A stretch of 36,648 bases of DNA from Candidatus Falkowbacteria bacterium. GTDB taxonomy: Bacteria; Patescibacteriota; Patescibacteriia; CAIXNZ01. Location: NCBI GenBank assembly GCA_903920975.1, contig CAIXNZ010000059.1:1-36648 (forward strand), in the 5' to 3' direction. The notes beneath the pieces were generated by a model. That model did not search any database and was not told the origin of the DNA. It saw only the letters and a list, made by a program, of their open reading frames with translations. This document shows, in pieces, positions 32,702 through 36,648 of the stretch. The position numbers and the translations under genes are program-made. The number at the start of each line of letters is the position of its first letter. Position 1 is the stretch's first letter.

Positions 32702-34516
32702 TTAGTGTTTGGCAAAGCCGCGATATTCGGGCTCAAGGAAAAAAACACGCAGGCCTGCTTCCTTGAAAAGATCCCAGACCTCGGTAAGATTTTTCCCGTC
32801 AGCCGGCACAATGCCGCCTTTGCAGCCGGCATCAATGAGCATTTCCGCTCCTTCGCGATTGTCTTGCTTGTTAATGGCAGCTGCCGCTTGGACAAGAATG
32901 CGCAAGGCTTTTTTGGAATCTGGCGAAGAAGGTTTTAAGCAGGCAAAGGCCTCGTCCGCGCTCTTGACCAGTTGTTTGGTCAGGTTGTAAAGCACATTGT
33001 CATCCGGAGCGATGCTGGTCGCATAGGGGAAAAAGCCGTCTGAAGCAAAAAACGCTTCTTTGACATCATGTCCTGCATGAAGGGCGCGGTCCAGACAGAG
33101 GCGCACACAAGCGATTCTGTCTTGCTGGCCGCAGCCGACTGAAAGTAGCATGTTGTTTTTGGCCAGGGCAACTGTGTTGCTGGAAGAAAACCAGCAAACA
33201 CACAAAGCAAGGAGTGTTGTTTCTAGGTCATAGGGGCCCATATCTTTTGTCCAGTTATTTTTCATCTTATTCAGATCAATGCTGGGATATGGCTTTTGGC
33301 GGAGAAATCCGCCGAGCACAGGGCTCCAGACCCAATCAATAACTGGCAACGAAGCCGCATCAATTCGTTTAAGGGCTGGATTAACCAAGAGTCGTCTTTT
33401 TTCCTTTTTGCCCAGAAGCTGTACGGTATTTTCAGAAATTTCCGGAGCTAGGATAAGGTCTAAGCCCCAGTTCTGACGGCCGATGGGTTTGTTTGGGTCA
33501 GGCGCATAAAGTATCTGGCCTCGAAGGTCATCAATTGGGAAATTGGTGACCACCTCGCCACCCATGATCGCGGTTGTATCGCCGTAAATGGCTCCCTTTA
33601 AAGCGTCTTCTGGCGAACGCCAATCAAAAGCCGCGCCGCATGGATTGCCATGCTTGCCGGCAATTGCTATAAAAGGCACATTGCCGCGGTTGATGCGGAA
33701 GGCATCAGCCAGATAGCGCATGATTCTGATTATGCCACTGGCATCAGCCGAAGCAATATAGCTCGGATTGCCAGCCAGAACTTGAAAGTTGGGCAGGCTG
33801 AGCGGGTCAGTATCACCGACCAGCTTGAAAAGGTCGGCTGGGTTTTGACACTTGTTTTCAGCATAGGCCAGTTCTTTGACATGTTCAAGGAAAATTGTCT
33901 CCACTTTTTTGCCGCACATTTCAGCCAAGTACTGGCTGATCGCAGTGTCATATTTGGCCATCAGATCAAAGACCTTAAAGGCCAGTTCACGCCGCAGTTC
34001 CCAACTGACTTGTCCGTTTTTGCTTTTTTCCAGAGCTTTAAGTACGCGATCACGATCGGCCGGGTCGCAGATGACGATGGTGCCGTTGTTATGGTTTTTG
34101 GCTGCGCCGCGCAACATGGTTGGTCCGCCGATGTCAGTGAGTTCCATTACCGCGTCCAGGTCGCCTCTGTTTTTTCTGATGGCATCCCTGACCGGATAAA
34201 TGTCCACGCAGACAATGTCAAAGCGCGGGATGCCGTATTTTTCTCTCTCGGCGTCGTGTTCTGGCGATCTTTTGGCCAATATCCCGCCGTGGATTTTGGG
34301 ATGGAGAGTGACCACTCTGTGGTCCAGGATTGCCGGCATGCCAGTGATCTTGGCCACGTCAGTAACCGGAACGTGGTAATCTCTGAGGCATTTGGCTGTC
34401 CCTCCAGAAGATACAATTTTGTAACCCAGCTTTAGGAGCGCATGTGCAAAATCGACAATGCCATCTTTGTGATAGACACTAAGTAGTGCCAACCGTTGTC
34501 CTTTTTTGAATTTCAT
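32702..34516 (-). CDS. purH: bifunctional AICAR transformylase / IMP cyclohydrolase (long form, 604 aa)
   Basis: MGS-like N-terminal domain (ALLSVYHKDGIV..SSGGTAK..RVVTLHPKIHGGIL..DIVCVDIYP). AICARFT domain (AGKHGNPCGAA, ASDGFFPY). SD AAAAAGGAGGAGGAGGA. G+C is about 50 %. Confidence 0.9.
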   Translation of the reverse strand: MKFKKGQRLALLSVYHKDGIVDFAHALLKLGYKIVSSGGTAKCLRDYHVPVTDVAKITGMPAILDHRVVTLHPKIHGGILAKRSPEHDAEREKYGIPRFDIVCVDIYPVRDAIRKNRGDLDAVMELTDIGGPTMLRGAAKNHNNGTIVICDPADRDRVLKALEKSKNGQVSWELRRELAFKVFDLMAKYDTAISQYLAEMCGKKVETIFLEHVKELAYAENKCQNPADLFKLVGDTDPLSLPNFQVLAGNPSYIASADASGIIRIMRYLADAFRINRGNVPFIAIAGKHGNPCGAAFDWRSPEDALKGAIYGDTTAIMGGEVVTNFPIDDLRGQILYAPDPNKPIGRQNWGLDLILAPEISENTVQLLGKKEKRRLLVNPALKRIDAASLPVIDWVWSPVLGGFLRQKPYPSIDLNKMKNNWTKDMGPYDLETTLLALCVCWFSSSNTVALAKNNMLLSVGCGQQDRIACVRLCLDRALHAGHDVKEAFFASDGFFPYATSIAPDDNVLYNLTKQLVKSADEAFACLKPSSPDSKKALRILVQAAAAINKQDNREGAEMLIDAGCKGGIVPADGKNLTEVWDLFKEAGLRVFFLEPEYRGFAKH

Positions 34517-34645
34517 TCCTCCTCCTCCTTTTTAGTTTTGAATTTTTTTGCCAACACTATTTATTTAAACTTTAGTTTTTGCTAAAGCTTGTCAAGGTAC
34601 TAAGATGACTCAACCTTAAGTGATTTTTTGAATAATGTCAATGGA

Positions 34646-34674
34646 TTGACGCAAGGCACATTATTTGTTAAGAT
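34646..34674 (+). promoter_or_regulatory. promoter of the 102-aa orphan, divergent from purH
   Basis: TTGACG, a 17-nt spacer, then an extended -10 TGTTAAGAT. Confidence 0.6.
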
Positions 34675-34725
34675 TTTTTTAGCTCATTAAAAAGGTCTAT
34701 TTGAGAAAGAAGGAGGGGATTGAAA

Positions 34726-35034
34726 ATGAAAGTAACTAAAAAGTGCAAGGAGCCTGGTAATGTCAAAAAGCTTTACAAAGCAATCAATGAATTATTGCGA
34801 AAAATTTTGTTGATTTTTACTTCGCGCGGGTATCCTGAAGGCCAGGTAATGGATTTCATCTTTATCCTTTACTTAATGGTTATCGACGGAACTGATATCG
34901 AACAAATTGCCGATTCTTTGGCAATAGTCAAAACAAAATTAAGCGCAAAGGATATCAAAGACCTCATTGATTATTTGAATCAGGCAAAAAGCCTGTACGA
35001 TAAGGCAAAAAAAACAAAAAGATCTTTTCGCTAG
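34726..35034 (+). CDS. hypothetical protein, 102 aa
   Basis: The ATG lies 9 nt after GAAGGAGGGG. The ORF-track TTG at 34720 is too close to the SD. A terminator follows. Confidence 0.6.
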   Translation: MKVTKKCKEPGNVKKLYKAINELLRKILLIFTSRGYPEGQVMDFIFILYLMVIDGTDIEQIADSLAIVKTKLSAKDIKDLIDYLNQAKSLYDKAKKTKRSFR

Positions 35035-35050
35035 CGCAAATAACAAAATA

Positions 35051-35084
35051 AACGGCTCGTAATAATTCGAGCCGTTTTTCTTTT
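35051..35084 (+). terminator. terminator of the 102-aa orphan
   Basis: AACGGCTCG-8 nt-CGAGCCGTT followed by TTTC. Confidence 0.85.
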
Positions 35085-35094
35085 GGCTTTTTTC

Positions 35095-35103
35095 TGCTAA
35101 AAT
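35095..35103 (+). promoter_or_regulatory. extended -10 promoter element, 7 nt upstream of the helicase ATG
   Basis: TGCTAAAAT. No convincing -35 and no SD. Confidence 0.45.
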
Positions 35104-35110
35104 AAAGTGC

Positions 35111-36648
35111 ATGAAAGAATACAAACTCAAAAAAGAAAATACTTGCCCGCTTAATTCCAAGATTGATTATAAAAATGAATTAAATGAGGAGCAGCTGGGC
35201 GTTGTCTTGAACGGGGAAGGACCGTGTTTGGTTTTGGCCGGGGCTGGCAGCGGTAAAACCAGAACCCTGGTTTACCGCGTGGCTTATTTAATTGAAAAGG
35301 GAATTGATCCTAAGAATATTTTATTGGTCACATTTACCAATAAAGCAGCTAAAGAGATGCTTAATCGCGTGGAAACACTTTTAAAATGCCAGCCCAAAGG
35401 TCTCTGGGGCGGAACTTTTCATCACATTGGCAATATGATTTTGCGTCGTTATGCTAAAATTTTGGGCTACTCAAATAATTTCAATATCTTAGACACAGAA
35501 GATTCGAAGAATTTGCTTAAGGCAGTAATGGGTGAGATGCAAATAAATTATAAAGAGAAATATTTTCCCAAAGCAGAAGTAATTTTAAATATTATTTCTT
35601 TTGCATCAAATTCGCAAAAGCCAATTTTGGATGTGATAACTGACAAATATAATTATCTGGACCCCAAATTAATTCCGGTCATTGAGTCGATTGAAAGAGA
35701 ATATCAGAAAAAGAAACTCAAAACCAATGTCATGGATTTTGATGATTTATTAACCAACTGGCTTAAACTTTTGAAAAAAGACAAGGGAGTTAAAGCAAAA
35801 CTTTCTGCCCAATTCAAATATATTTTGGTTGACGAATATCAAGATACCAATAAAATTCAGAGTGAAATAATTTATGAACTTTCTTCAGCGCACAATAATG
35901 TTTTAGTGGTAGGCGACGATTGCCAGAGCATTTATTCTTTCCGCGCTGCTGATATTAATAATATTTTGGATTTTCCCAATCGCTTGGCCAAGACTAGAAT
36001 TTTTAAATTAGTAACCAATTATCGCAGTACGCATCAGATTTTGGATTTGGCTAATCATAGTATTGGCAATAATTTAAATCAGTACAAAAAAGAATTGCAG
36101 ACAATTAAACAGGGCGCGGTTAAGCCCGCTCTTGTCCCAACCAAAGATTCTTATCAGCAAGCAGATTTTATTTGCCAGAGAGTTTTAGAATTGCAGGAAG
36201 AAGGGGAATCGCTTAATGACATGGCAATTCTATTTCGCTCTTCATTTCAAGTCATGGAAATGGAATTAGAATTAAATAAAAGAAATATTCCTTATGTCAT
36301 GCGCGGGGGCATCAGGTTTTTTGAACAAGCGCACATTAAGGATGTCGTGGCCTATTTGAAGATCTTTGCCAATTTCAAGGATGAACTCTCCTGGAAGCGC
36401 GTTTTATTGCTTTACGAGGGCATTGGACCTTCAAATGCTGAGAGAATATGGCAGGAAGTGGTTAAATATAGTGATTTGAAAAAAGCTGTCAGTGAACTTT
36501 TAAACTTACCATTTTCAGTCAAAGTTACGCGCAGTTTGGAGCAATTAAATTCTTTATTGGGAATTTTATTAAAGCAGGAAAAAGATTTTATTGCCACAGC
36601 CATTCGTCAGATTCTGAAAAATAATTATGAGGATTATATTAAAAATAA
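35111..36648 (+). CDS. UvrD/PcrA-family ATP-dependent DNA helicase (3' end outside the window)
   Basis: It is not in the ORF track because no stop codon is reached. It translates as MKEYKLKK..LNEEQLGVV..LVLAGAGSGKTRTLVYRVAYLI.. with ILVDEYQDTN and VGDDCQSIYSFRAA. Confidence 0.9.
   Translation, partial: MKEYKLKKENTCPLNSKIDYKNELNEEQLGVVLNGEGPCLVLAGAGSGKTRTLVYRVAYLIEKGIDPKNILLVTFTNKAAKEMLNRVETLLKCQPKGLWGGTFHHIGNMILRRYAKILGYSNNFNILDTEDSKNLLKAVMGEMQINYKEKYFPKAEVILNIISFASNSQKPILDVITDKYNYLDPKLIPVIESIEREYQKKKLKTNVMDFDDLLTNWLKLLKKDKGVKAKLSAQFKYILVDEYQDTNKIQSEIIYELSSAHNNVLVVGDDCQSIYSFRAADINNILDFPNRLAKTRIFKLVTNYRSTHQILDLANHSIGNNLNQYKKELQTIKQGAVKPALVPTKDSYQQADFICQRVLELQEEGESLNDMAILFRSSFQVMEMELELNKRNIPYVMRGGIRFFEQAHIKDVVAYLKIFANFKDELSWKRVLLLYEGIGPSNAERIWQEVVKYSDLKKAVSELLNLPFSVKVTRSLEQLNSLLGILLKQEKDFIATAIRQILKNNYEDYIKN

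Noticed and set aside
32709-34435. Several plus-strand ORFs of 65-261 aa inside the purH region (for example 33650-34435), plus alternative-frame minus-strand ORFs.
   Set aside because: High local G+C suppresses stop codons in off-frames. The minus-strand frame encodes a full-length, motif-complete PurH, and none of the shadow ORFs has an SD.
1-36648. I scanned for tRNA T-arm signatures (GGTTCGAATCC-like), rRNA, CRISPR-style spaced direct repeats, and IS terminal inverted repeats.
   Set aside because: None was seen by eye on either strand. A tRNAscan, Infernal or CRISPR-finder run could still reveal something I missed.

Overview
Low-G+C bacterial chromosomal segment with about 43 protein genes. 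Most genes look roughly one-third G+C by eye. I saw no rRNA, tRNA, CRISPR array, transposase or integrase. The backbone is housekeeping: two tandem gpmI paralogs, mutM, mltG, rlmH, a PIN-PhoH ATPase, rplJ-rplL behind a structured leader, mraZ-rsmH-ftsL, tgt, a Clp/Hsp100-like ATPase, a WecA-like transferase, rplU, recR, dnaB and uvrD/pcrA. Gene content and style are consistent with a small-genome CPR/Patescibacteria-like organism: a short TsaB, a translin-like protein, DUF192, and most genes lacking a Shine-Dalgarno (SD) sequence. That attribution is inference only. Transcription signals are unusually legible, with many TTGACA-N16/17-TAnnnT promoters (often with an extended TGn -10) and strong hairpin+T-run terminators. 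Set into this backbone are G+C-elevated genes led by a strong AAGGAGG SD. They include (1) a ~2.6 kb island (20995-23618) with a structured leader or small RNA plus five orphan small-protein genes in four self-contained transcription units. This island is my best candidate for an undescribed system. They also include (2) two small ORFs inserted between mraZ and rsmH, (3) a monocistronic 392-aa orphan, and (4) a convergent purB/purH pair with a neighbouring orphan that shares its promoter-proximal sequence. Other notable points are a membrane-anchored, zinc-finger-bearing Clp-like ATPase lacking an M-domain and carrying a degenerate D1 module; a Tgt with no zinc-ligand cysteines; a probable frameshift at an A7 tract; and several apparently leaderless genes. 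All family calls come from motif recognition by eye and memory, and no searches were run.
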